DNA of 64,000 bases from Tubulanus polymorphus (Eukaryota > Animalia > Nemertea), in NCBI RefSeq assembly GCF_964204645.1, contig NC_134031.1:1922001-1986000 (forward strand), written 5' to 3'. A program made the translations under genes and the position numbers. A model generated the notes under the pieces. The model worked only from the letters and a program-made list of their open reading frames with translations. It was not told the DNA's origin and did no database searches. This document shows, piece by piece, positions 12,471 through 24,800 of this stretch; within the stretch, counting starts at the first letter, position 1; every line of letters begins with the position of its first letter.

Positions 12471-15102
12471 TGGACTGTTATTCATGAAGTTAGACAAAAA
12501 TTAGCATGGTGTCTAATTGGTCCGCGAATGTGGTCTCCCTGGTGCGCGCCGAATCGGCGAAGTACGCCGTCTGTCTGATAAAATATTCAAAACATACATA
12601 TATATGATGATATCGAATAACGCTCTTCGTAATTCAACGAAATTGCCTTCAATTACCATAAACCCGAGACATTTCGTGTATATATATTAGATTTGTCTCG
12701 GATAGAAATGAATTCTCAGTAGAACTCGATCGTACAGAGAAATGTAACGTTTCTCGCAAACAAACGCGATAATTACTAAATCGCTAAAAAACGACTGTTT
12801 TCAAGTTTTTTTGTGACTCTGGTATAAACGCATTCTGTATGAGTCGGCGTAGCCAGCATGTAGCGCTGTTGGCACGGGCCTACAATTTTTTTGGCTATAA
12901 TTGTTACTTCAAGACATGTATAATATCCTAAGTCTATAAACTTGCTGAACTAGTTTAAAGAGTCTTAATCAATTGATTATATATACTAACTCTTTGGTTT
13001 TTTTTAATTCTGTTTAAAAGTAATATTGAAATTCATATTTTCGTGCCTTTCCTACTGAAATCCTTTGGCACCAAAAACCAGCGTAATTAGAATTATTGCC
13101 AAAACATTTTTTTTCAAACGAAAAATTCAATTTGTAACATCAATATGAAATTTTGCCCATAAAAAAAAATCGAAATAAAATTTCATGATTTAGAAAACAA
13201 ATTGCCATGAAAAAATTCTTATTTGAAATACATTACCTTCATAATGTTGCGAGTGACAGGTGTTAAAGTATTTAGAGTGCTGCTGTTTTACACGTATGTA
13301 CAACTGTTTTGTTCAACAGATGAATCCAAAATGATTTTACCCTAAATCGCCGAGATTCATTTATAGCCCTAGCACATCCATAAACAGTTCATTAATTTTT
13401 GCGCGTTTAAATTTGACGAGTTGCGAATTTTCATGAAATACAATGTTCGCAATTGTGTAGACGGTCAGCGGTCCTGGTGCTGTATTTGTCGGATAGTTGG
13501 TGTGGAAATATTCGAAAATTGGACACTTTCGAAATAAACGTCTGTCGCTTTCGCCCCGATTGTCATGAAACTAAACGTCTGTTAAGTTTTCGATATAAAT
13601 CGTTCCTACCAAATGATTTTTAACAACGAAAGTCATCAATGTTGTCGATAGATTTCAAGAATTAAGGGTCATTAAAAGTTACAGTTCATCTGAAGTCCAT
13701 GTGAGGTTGAAACAACGGTTTGTATTACAAAGTGATTCGATCCAAAACCAGCTAGCCCCGTGACAACGTCAGCTGTTAGCTGTGGGTAGAACCTCATAGA
13801 CAAATAATCAAACCAATTGTTTAGAAAACAATTGACGATAGAATTTTATTTCATGAAATAACAGCTGCACTGAACTATATTCGCTTTTTTCACCGGGACA
13901 AAATGTTAAATTCTCATAGAACAAAAACCACCTGCGATCTATTATAAAATTGCTTTGTATTTATCGTCCAGTTTTGCCCACGCCTGGCATAGGGCACATC
14001 AATCAATACTGACCAGGCATCTATGACGCGCTTACTAGATGATAGACCTACACACTTAGACTCGTAATTGAGACGTTGACGAGATATCTCCTATCTATTT
14101 TGAATTGCTAATGGATTTTACTGTTGCTTATTTCATATAAGTGAATTGAACTCAATTAGCCTTTTATTGCGCGTACCACATCAGGATTAATTGCGCATCT
14201 CGGAGGCAATGAAATTTTAATTCAATTTCTTAATTTCATTATGTTCTTTTATGACATGATTTCAACGCCCTGCGCCCCTATAATCACGTACTGAACCCGT
14301 ACTGCTATTGTCGCACGCAAAGCTTTTTCGTCGCTTATTTGGAAAACTCATTCATAAACTCGTTGGCTTTAATCCACTATAAGCGTTCGAATCCCAAAAT
14401 CAACGGTCGTTTCCCTTGAGATTCTGTGTGAGACGACTCGTTATGTCTGTTGCAGTAAATGTTCGATGGTTTAAACCAGTGCTATGCCTATAATCAGACA
14501 GAATGTGGACGATACGACAAAAGGTACGGATCGCCGCATATAGCGAGGCGGCCAAAAGCTGTGAATTTCAGTTTTGAAGCGACACTTAGAATGTATATGT
14601 ACCGATAATCATAACTTTTCCGCTCCTTCTTTGGGAAGAACTCAATGATAAATGTTTTTGCCAGTAAAAGTCTGTTGCTCATCATGGCTTACAGAGGCGT
14701 CTATGTCTTCCATCTAATCTGTCTCGCATTTTTTTATCGTTGACCATTCTAATGTGGATGCCAATTTCCCTGCGTCTTTCCCTTCTTCCGATTCGGATGA
14801 GGTCTCGGAGCCTTGATCCTCGAGACTCGTGGCCATTAGCCGGTTATCTATACTAAACGAATCGGTGTTTTTTTTTTGCGTCTGTTGTTGACATAGCAGC
14901 GGATTAATTGCGGATTGTCTGCACGTATAGTCCTCCTCTCGTCTGCATCTCTTATTCAACATCAGACGACGAATATCGTCATAAATCATCCTGCACTTAG
15001 GACCGTATTGTATGATATAAAATGTATATCACGAGTCCGAAAAAAAAACGATATTCGTTTGCAGAATTTTGGGCACTACGTCGCCCACTGAAGTCGTTCC
15101 TC

Positions 15103-15277
15103 GGCGCCGTGGCCGAGTGGTTTAAGCCGCCGGTTACTGGTCTCGTCAATCCAGGGTTTATGGGTTCAAACAGAGTTTTTTGGTCGAAGGTTCTTCTCTG
15201 GTCTCCCCCCCCATTGGTAAAAAGATTATAATGCCCTGCGTGGCGCTAAGCGGGTTGAGGGTGAAAAGAAAAAGAAG
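15103..15277 (+). mobile_element. tRNA-derived SINE
   Basis: A-box TGGCCGAGTGG, B-box GGTTCAAAC, non-tRNA body and A-rich tail (GAAAAGAAAAAGAAG). Confidence 0.65.
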
Positions 15278-16677
15278 TCGTTCCTTGTTTCCTGTATCGG
15301 TATTCTGCCTATTCCGTATCAGCAAATCGTCTGAGACAATTCGTAACGAAAATCTCATGCATTATAGAGATAACATGAGCAAATGACTTGCAGATACACA
15401 CTTAACAGCTCGGGCGGTTAAGCCGTGGCCGGCTCAGGCCCCCCGGGAATTAGATCTAACAGTTTCAGTTTCGGCGTACACTTATTACACACGCCAAAAT
15501 ATATCATAGCTAATTGCCGCACGTTGTTACAATATACAGCAGGGAACTGACTCGTATACGATCCTTCATTGAATATGTTCTTAGCAAATACACCTAGGAA
15601 CTAACTACTGCGCGAGGATAAGCTATATCCCCTCGACGGCTAGCAGTTCAAATATGTATCAGATTTCGACTCATCGAATGTTGGTTACGCAACTTCAAGA
15701 GAGATTCTATAAACTCATGATGCGTAACGCATCTCGGCACCGGATCTCCGTCCAGTCGATCGCGTGATTAGAATTCTAACGACCGAAGATTTCAGTCGGG
15801 AAAACGGATGGTGAATATTGATGCTCCGGAATGAATTGTCAATATTGTTGCTGTGGAAAATGAACCGAGCATGGACTTGGCGCAAGTGAGCATTTCGACA
15901 GGAATATGCACAAGCGGTTAAGACCATAAAGGGACACAGCGGGTTGGTATTGGAATAAACGGAGTTTACTTCGTGAAGTCAGTTGAAACAAGTCAAGAGC
16001 TCCGGAAAATAGTTAAATGCTAATTGATAAGTTTCTGTGGAGTTTAGAGTCGTATCCCAATCTGAAAATAGCAAACTTCCATGTGTGTTTTTCGTAACAA
16101 TGTTGATAATATTCAGAATATTTGCTGCGATGGACATAAAAAGCCGAAACGTCGGTGTACGTTAGTGTTTGTGCGCGAAAACAATGTAAACTTAATTTTC
16201 GGCTTTTAACGTTAATGGCGCATAAATACACATAATACGTAACCGTCATACGAGAGGCTTGTGATATTTGATTATTCGATGGTTTGCATTAAGTCCGCGG
16301 ACTGTGAAAGGATGCTGCTATACGCTTGTTTTCCCGCGGGACGAGGAATGATTGAATAATAGAAACAGAACAATAATTCGGGCGGGGGAAAGTCTATACT
16401 GCGCGACGATGATGCGCTCTCACTCCCGTGTATCGGATATAAACATTGACAGGATGAAAGCGACAGTGACAATTTCATGATGTATCGTCTGTCATCGTCT
16501 CTCAGCTTGTCGCTCGTTCCGACGAATGGATGTTCGAATGAAAAATTATTTTTTTTTTGCGTTTACAGTTGTTTTCATCCTCTCTGCTCGCGCATTGCTG
16601 AGTGATGGATGTGGATATAGCGTCTGAACTGCTCGGTAAATATCAATCGATGATGCTTAATATTCTCAACTTTCTGA

Positions 16678-16905
16678 ACTAGCTTCACAGTTGTGGGCTT
16701 GATTTGAAGATCCAGTTCTACAGTTGTGTAGGTTTAATTTGACTCACGATCCAGTTTCACAGTTGTGTGTGTGTGGGTTTAATTTGAATCGGGATCCAGT
16801 TCCACAGTTGTGTGTGTGGGTTTACTTTGAATCTGAATTCTGTTCCACATTAGTGATTTAATTCGTTGTAGACAAGAGATAATTTGACTTTGGATCTAGT
16901 TCCAT
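16678..16905. repeat. Degenerate ~42-bp tandem array built from a GATCCAGTTCCACAGTTGTG motif
   Basis: 5-6 copies; the motif matches MITE termini at about 59529 and 59935. Confidence 0.7.
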
Positions 16906-18019
16906 AGATACGGGTCTATTTTCAAGTCAGTATCTAATTGATTTTACCTTAGTTATCTTTTTTATTACGTTTGTCGTCTTTATGTGAGAAGACGGTGATT
17001 AAACAAACGCAACCAAAAGAAATTTCTGGTTGCTTGGAAACGTAAGTAAAATTGGCAGATGCCAGTCGATACCCGAGCATCAGTTGTTGATAGCCCTTCA
17101 AAATCACTGATATACCGTAACAGCTTGCGAACGGGCACTAAATGAATTATTTATTCACAATGATACGTAACTATTGAAAAATCAAATATTTGATATCAAG
17201 ATCTATTCATCACGTGCTGAGTTGACTTGATTGTAGTGGTTTGTTTGAGGATAGTCCAAAGTGATCAGTAACAAAGGTAATACGCGTACATGCGCAGTCG
17301 CGGTAGATTTCATGTTAGAATCTGTATATACAGTTTACTACTATAACGAAAAAACTATGCTTTCTTTTCGTATCTTTTTATACACAATCTGTTTCATAAG
17401 TATCATAACATACCTGTCAGTGCGTGCGGTGTAAGCGAAACTCGTTTCACAAACAATTAAGACGTTCCGGGGAAATGTAGCTATAGAGAGGTCGGGTGGG
17501 AGAGAACTTCCTCTGGGCTAAACCAAACAAACCATCGTTTTCGTTCTGTAACCGCGCGCGGAGGCTGTATGCTCAAACGCTATCGGATTCTATAATCTAA
17601 CCTGTGACTGTAATATTTCATTCGGTTAATTCCGGAGCAGTGTCGATGGGATTAGTTTATGGAATGGTTTGATGATTGATCGGTGTAATGTAGACGTTTC
17701 TACCACCTTGTATGTCGGCGGTGTGATGTAATCATCGAAGTCAACGTTGTATATCCACCTGATGTTTGTATAGCAATAAGCTGATTTAGAATAGCAATAA
17801 ACTGTCGAATATCATCCCCCCGATAGTATCGCCGTCCTTGTTGATAAACGTACTTCTTTCGTAGATGCCAATTTCCCATCGCGTGTAGAATATAAACGCT
17901 GACGACTCCCCTTGAGTCCTATCAGCTCATAGTCACCACGCGTCTTCGCATCAGAAGCATTTCCAACAACTCAATAAAACCTGTCTTTTCAATTTCAGAC
18001 ATAGTCGAAATATGACACG

Positions 18020-19153
18020 ATGCAGACGACAAGTGAAAAGTCGACAGGTGGAGCCACAGGAGATCCAATAGATGGCGCCACTTCGAAGCTAATTGATGGA
18101 GCCACAGAAGGAAGACCAACAGTTGGAGCCACAGGGGACCAAAAGGATGCAGCCACTGCAAAGCTGATCGAAGGTGTAACAGGGACAATAGGAAAGTCAA
18201 ATTATGGGGCCACGGGTAGGCCAACGGACCGAATCACTGTAGGGTCGCCAGGTGGAGCCGCGCAAGGTGAACAGAGGAATGACTCGTCACCGGATGTGTG
18301 TCCACCGACTCCATCGACGGTAAATACAGATCAAACCTGTGCACATTGCGATCACATTCGGTTCAATACCGAGTTATTGACACCTTATTCCCATCAACAT
18401 TCATCATCGTATCAGAGACCGGCGCCGAGTGTCGTCACGTCCCACAGTGACGATAACTTACTGTCAGCCACCCGTGATCTTCAACTGGCGCCCGCGAAAA
18501 CGCCGTCTACTCGACTGAAGTGCGATAAGGCCACGATGACGGAATACACGTCGTTATCTCATCGCGCTAGAATCGATCGCGAACATGCGACGAAAAAAGA
18601 CGCGAAATACACGGATGATAAAGAACGATTTCACTGGTACGATCACAGAGCTTGTATATTCGGTTGGGGCCAATTACTATGCGGCGTATCTTTAGTGATA
18701 ATCGACACGATAATCGTCGCGGGGGGTTACGTCCATCACGATTCCGACAATATAGCTTTCTACGTGTGGGAAAGTGTGTTTTGTTTTCTGGCCGGCGCTG
18801 CTGGATTCGTCGTCAAAAAATGGAAGGATTCCTGGATTATTGGGCTATGTATGGCCCAGTTTACGATTTCTGCTGTGATATTGGGCGTGTTTTTTACCTG
18901 GACCTGCCTTATTCTGAATCGATTCGACGACGGTCCGAATCCTGTACACTTGAGTTTCGTCATTCTAGAAGTTGCCGTCATATGGCTACGCGATATAACG
19001 TTGCTGATGAGCGTTGTAGTTTCGGCGTTACAAACGTTGATGACGCTCAGATATTTGTGGCGTAAACACAACTGGGAACAGAAAATACCCGAAAACCACC
19101 GGAAGTCCATACGCAAATACAGCAGACGGTTAAAACGAATGATGACCGTTTGA
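18020..19153 (+). CDS. MS4A/CD20-like four-transmembrane protein with a long low-complexity N-terminus
   Basis: 377-aa single-exon ORF with a splice acceptor (tttcag, ending 17998) just upstream. Four hydrophobic segments in the C-terminal half (IFGWGQLLCGVSLVII; FYVWESVFCFLAGAAGF; WIIGLCMAQFTISAVILGVFF; FVILEVAVIW...VVVSAL) match the CD20-like G-x-x-Q and W-x-x-x-F-x-x-x-x-G pattern. AATAAA at 19242. Confidence 0.6.
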   Translation: MQTTSEKSTGGATGDPIDGATSKLIDGATEGRPTVGATGDQKDAATAKLIEGVTGTIGKSNYGATGRPTDRITVGSPGGAAQGEQRNDSSPDVCPPTPSTVNTDQTCAHCDHIRFNTELLTPYSHQHSSSYQRPAPSVVTSHSDDNLLSATRDLQLAPAKTPSTRLKCDKATMTEYTSLSHRARIDREHATKKDAKYTDDKERFHWYDHRACIFGWGQLLCGVSLVIIDTIIVAGGYVHHDSDNIAFYVWESVFCFLAGAAGFVVKKWKDSWIIGLCMAQFTISAVILGVFFTWTCLILNRFDDGPNPVHLSFVILEVAVIWLRDITLLMSVVVSALQTLMTLRYLWRKHNWEQKIPENHRKSIRKYSRRLKRMMTV

Positions 19154-20901
19154 TTTTTTGAAATTTGAAAAAAATACTCTTGTCTTATATGTGAACATAT
19201 ATTTGTATTTATTGTTTTAAAGATTCGTTTTTCATTTTATGAATAAATCTTAACTTTGTCGGTTTCCATGGACAGGTGACGACTGTCCGCGATTCACTTG
19301 AAGGAAAACCAACAATATTGAAGAACTTAAGTCATTTTCAAAACTAGTTTGACTCATTGCAACGTCGCTACTTTCTAAGTTTTGAAAAAAGCTCATTGAA
19401 TTGATTCGAAATGTCACCACTTTCATCGTTTTAAAATGGATCATAGAATTTCTCATGTAAACGTCGCTACTCTTTAGTGTTTCTTCGGTATCGTGGCTTT
19501 TTCGGTTTTTCTTGTGGTACAGGAAACTCCATACTTTTATTTTCCTAACAATTAGAAAATTCGACTCCATAGGGACGACGCACGCACGATAAACAAAAAC
19601 CAATCAACATTATTGAAAAGAAATTCCCATTTGTTATTTACGACAATATGAACTTTATTATTAATATTTCAAAAAGAGAAAAAGATGAAAATAATTTGAA
19701 CGTGTTTTTTATAGCATTCGTTTATAGATTGATAGCAACACGAGAATCTGAATATAATACAAAAATATATATATATGCAATATATAGATATGTTTTAATT
19801 TTACATGATTACATTTAGATCGAATAAAAACCCTTCAAGTTTTCGATTTCATCAGAGAGTAAATATTATGAACTCGAACTTGTCGATGCACCCGTTGGTC
19901 GGATTTCAGGACCCAGTTCCGCAGTTGCAAGTATCATTTAATTCTCGTGTTAATCACCGCCGCAGGATCAGGTCCTACCTCACTGATCACCGTCAATTCG
20001 TTGCTTGTTCATCCTGTATTACATCGTTCGGCCGGTACCCGAAGACTTCTGGATCGTTCATTTAACCTCTCGAGGGGACCACGGCCTTTGAAGTGTTGCC
20101 CGCACACTTGAGCAGCAAACAAGACTCGGAACACGCTTGTCACTTAAGACGGCGAATGCAATAACCTTCTACATATATTCTCACTCATGACGTGCAACTG
20201 GGTCCTGAAATTTCATACTCATCTTCGTGGCACCGTTAAATTCAAATAGGAAAATATTCCCGCCAGTCATCTTTACCTTGATAAACACTATTACGTACAT
20301 TTCACAACAAGGCAACTCAGGAGGAGGTAATTTTTTACAGCAAGATGTTTTGATCCTTTTCACATTGAGAAGATTGTACAACACGAGACGATGCAGAAAA
20401 TGCATTCGACACAAACAAGAAAAGAGAACGTAAAAAAAACGTATAAATTAGCGACACTGAAATAAGCGGAGAGAATTGAGATGGTTTTTTTTCGTTTGGG
20501 ACGATATTACTTTTCGCTCTTCAAGATCCATCATTTGAAGCTTGCAGGAGTCGGTTCAATAACTTCTACATAAAGTAGTTTCAAAGCATTTGTTAGATGC
20601 ATCAAAACTAGTCCTTACGGCTCGTGAAATACTAATTATTAAAATGTCCTTAGGGCACTTTGGAGTACTTCTTACTAATCCGCGAACCTGGCGATAGCGT
20701 AGTAGCGAATATGGCGAATTTTTGAATAGAAAAGAACTTTCTGATTTACTCTTAATCGTCTGAGCGGAAACGGTTAAAAGTTTGGAGAACTGTTTAGAGT
20801 TTGTGAGCAGAAGACGAGAAATAGTTTCAGTATAATAAACACGTTAACTGTACACAATATGGATTTTGATATCGGTCGTTTCTATGCGACAAACCTTCAA
20901 A

Positions 20902-23729
20902 CTAAGCCACTTCGTGTTTAGTAGATTTCTGATGTCGATGCACGCCCTCTAAACTGGAGAAATTCTTGCCGCATTCTTTACATTCGAATGAATGTAACTT
21001 CATATGATTCCTCAAACTGCTTACGTAATAGAACGTTTTACCGCATTTCGGGCAGTTCAGAGTCGGGCCCGTGTGCGATCGGCGGTGTATTTGTAAATTG
21101 CCCGGGTACGGGAAGCCTCGACCGCAGAAATCGCATTTGAAATGATCGGCTCCGTATTGGGCGTTGATGTGCTCGCGTAATGATCGATAATCTTGAAAAT
21201 GTAGGTCACAACCTTCGCATTTAAACGGTTTCTTCTTGTCGCTGTTTTCGGCGGACGAGTCGCCATTTTGTACATCCGATACCTGATCTGCAAAACAAAT
21301 GTTTTTACATAAGTTTTGAAAGCGTTGAGATATTTTCACATTCTTGATCAACAATGTTATTGATAAAACGACTCTAGGATTAAATTGACTACGTTTAAAG
21401 CATTAGCTGGTCGGATTTTAACGAAGCAAGTTTGGTATATAATATGTTTTACACGTGATGTCATGATTTTTAGCCCGTCAGTGCTGGAGACTTGCCATAC
21501 ATAAGATCAACAGATAATATGGATCCAGGGGATTTAGAAACTTCGCGGGTCCGTCATGTAAATCATAATCGTTAGCCAAACAGCATGCAGGCGCAGTCAA
21601 GTCAAAAAAGCACGTGGCTGCAAGACCTAGCGTTAGACCGATAAAAAAACGACTGTATGACTTGTCAACTTACCGGATAGTACAGAATGAGGAGATGCTC
21701 GATTTGAACCATTCGACTGTCGAGAAGTTTCATCAGGATTCACTGAATCTCTATTCGTTCCTCCAATTTCATTTAACGTCGATGAATTCGACGACGGCGA
21801 TTTGGTTTCTAAAATGCTTTTAATTTGCGGATGATTCGAACTCAGTTCGTTTGCAGCAGCGGCAGTCGAGCCGGTCGCCGCCAGCTGATCAGACGATGGC
21901 GATGACGTCATTGATTTCTTACGCGCGCGAGCGGAAGTCGAACGGCTACGTCGTCGTTTGGAAGATGGCGGCGGTTTCGAAGGCGGTTTCAAATCGATTT
22001 TTTGATTCTCTTGCGCGGCCATAGCCAACAAAGACATGGCGGCAGAACCGTCGGCGTATAAGGCTTCTTCGGTGGCATTATTCAATCCCGCTCCTACGGA
22101 AGTTGGACTACAAGAGCTAGCCGCTCGAACACTCTCGAGAATTCGTCTGACGTGTAGCTCGGCGTCGGTTTCGGCAGCACCGTTCGACGTGTAACCGGCG
22201 CCACCTGCCGTCGATTCGGTACGGCGGAAGTTTTCCCGATATTCTGGAAGATTCAAAGCACCCATGATGTCGTCTTCGTTCTCGTCCGGGTATAGTTCCG
22301 GTTCCGGTTTCAACGCCAGATTACCGATGCTCATATCACGTGACGCGATGGCCACGTCTCGCGCGGCGGTTATCGGGTCGACATTAGCCTCGTTGGCCGA
22401 CTGCGACATCAAACTTCTCAAAGCCTCCAACTGATAGCGATTACACGCGGCAATTTCACGCAGTCTTTGCTCTTGGAATTCGTTATTTTGACTCAAATGA
22501 GCGCTCAATGCCATCTGAGCGACCGTCGACAGGCCGGACAACAAATGACCGTTATGATTTGAAAACACGGACGAGTCTTGAGAATTTCGTTGATCGTCTG
22601 CCATATCGTTACCGTTCGCTGATGAAACGTCGTTTAAACCTTCAACTAAACCGGGTGTTTTTATGTTTCCAGACGCCGTCACAGAAATACAGCGCATTCT
22701 CTCACCTGTGAAAACAATGTGAACATAACGTATGCATATTTAATGGCAATGATGTATGTATCGATTCTGTTACACCTGCCCAGAAGTTTTTTTCCAATTT
22801 TCTATCAGTCTGCGTCGAATTGACAGTGGATTCATTCAGATCCGGAATATATATTTACGTGTATATGTATGTATGGAGAGAGTGCCATCGCGATTCTCAC
22901 ATTTCCAATCAACCTAAAACCCCCGCTACTAACGGAATGTACAGACTCTATCTTATCACGTATTTATGAGGCCAGACGGTTTGTTCGATGGCTCGACGAC
23001 TGGTAAAATGCATCAAATTGACGAGACCTGTGTCGAATATACAGTAGGCCTACCGTAGCAGGAATAATCTCAGGGTGTTGGAGCGGGGGAGGGGAGAAGG
23101 GAGAGGGGAGGAGGCAGTGGAGGAGGCAGTTAGAAGAAGTTTCTCTCTTTTTGTCGGAAGTGGCCTCGTACCTGTGACGTCAGCGGCCCTGCGAAGTATA
23201 TGCCATCGATACCAGGTCTCATCATCAGCGGCGACTATAATCTCATCCAAAATATCGAGATGTTCTTTCAGACATTCCTTCAACGATGATTTGGAAACTT
23301 CTGCAACGATATCAACATCAATAGATTAACAATTCAACTATTTGTAACTAGTTCCATCGTTATATAGATCGTGTCTACGGCTTGTACCGTGTTTGGGATC
23401 ATGCTATGCTGCTGTATGCATGGGCCAGTCCTGGGCTTTGCCTTCATATCAGTTATAGTCAAGCCCGATATCGTCCATCGGTGATTGAGGATGTTGGTAA
23501 AGTGAGTATGGCGGTATATCGGGAGTTAATTGTAATTAGTTCCAAAACCGGCATACAGATGTTCCGTTCTTCGAAAATAATGGACGTAAAGGGGGTGGGG
23601 GGGGGTGGGGGGGGGGGGTGGCAGTTAATCGGGATCGGGGTGGGTTTGCAACCAGTAATGAAACACTACGAGTAGTGTCAAATTGTATCGTCACTTTATC
23701 TACAAGATGTACATACTCATCAGGGGCAT
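20902..23729 (-). CDS. C2H2 zinc-finger transcription factor (3 canonical fingers plus 1 degenerate, at the C-terminus)
   Basis: Phase-consistent coding exons 23729-23717 (AAACC-ATG, MPLM), 23300-23172, 22705-21674, 21287-20902. Fingers CDFC..HRRSH, CPKC..HMKLH, CKEC..HQKSTKH, and CEGC..HINAQY. Basic NLS-like KRRRSR..RARKK. The last two exons are secure; the first two are inferred from phase only. Confidence 0.8.
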
Positions 23730-24711
23730 GGTTTCTTAGCGTCGTTCAACATCGAAAGTACATCGCTGGTCCTTCGGTGGTGAAGCGCAGTTTCGTCAAA
23801 CCTTTAGACGTCTGATACACCTTAAGATAAAATATAAACAATATTTAATCGGGTTAAAAACAAAAAATGAAATCGTTATCCAATCAGAGATGGGTATAGG
23901 TATCGGACAACAGGAAAGAGACTTGAGCGCTTTCTCGTTCCTATGGGACCGGACGGTCTACCTTTTATTTAGAGTAGTTTAATCTGAAATCTGATAAAAG
24001 CGGTCGGTAGAGAGTTACGTAGGTTACGATTGGTCTCTACTGATTCTCGAATTCTCTTGTATAGATCATGGTGCGAATGCTACATTACTTATTTCGGAAT
24101 AGCTTTTAATACTGGATGATGCTGATCGGATGCTGGGTGGAGAGTTTGTAATCCGGAATTGTAAACCGGAATACGTGCAATCGAAACCTGTTTAACTGAA
24201 TGAAAACCGGAATTCAGATTGGGTCGCGGTGATTCTGCGCACCATAAAGGACGCGTGGAGCTCATGACAGTTCCGCGATACCACCATGTACAGCACGGAT
24301 TCCCGAGGGAGGAAACGTGACGTCACGCAACCGCCAGATTCAAATCCCCTCGAGGAGAGATAGATATACTATATTTAGGGCAGGGTTCGTATCACGGCGT
24401 TAACGAGTTCAAGGATGAAAGGAGGCGCGTAAAAAGAGAAAGAAATTGATGAAATCGACGAAAGAAATTGACCTTCATTAGCCGAGTTGTAATATATATG
24501 TATCATTATAAGTGATGATGAATTTGATTGTCCGTTGTTGTTTAATATTATTGTATACGTGGCTCTTATTTATCAGATAATCGATTCAGATGTATGTATC
24601 CGGAATACGTTAGTGGATGATATCACCCCCACGCGTGGCTGATGGATCTCTGTGTTGTTCTCGCTGTTTTTTCTATATCGATGATCGTTATTGATGTGCC
24701 TGGGTGTTATA

Positions 24712-24800
24712 GGCTCGCTTGCCAAAGTCGGAATCGATACGAGACCGACGCGCCACGACGTGGTTCGAACCCAGGCTAGATCTTAACTTTCCGAGCTTGC
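24712..24800 (+). mobile_element. Degraded tRNA-derived SINE head
   Basis: A-box-like TTGCCAAAGTCGG and B-box GGTTCGAACCC. Confidence 0.4.

Noticed and set aside
12540-12580. Helitron 3' end (CGGCG-AAGTA-CGCCG hairpin)
   Set aside because: No CTRR terminus at the expected distance and no second copy in the window.
15103-15180. Functional tRNA gene (also 24712 and 54772)
   Set aside because: A and B boxes are present but there is no coherent cloverleaf or anticodon arm; better explained as SINE heads.
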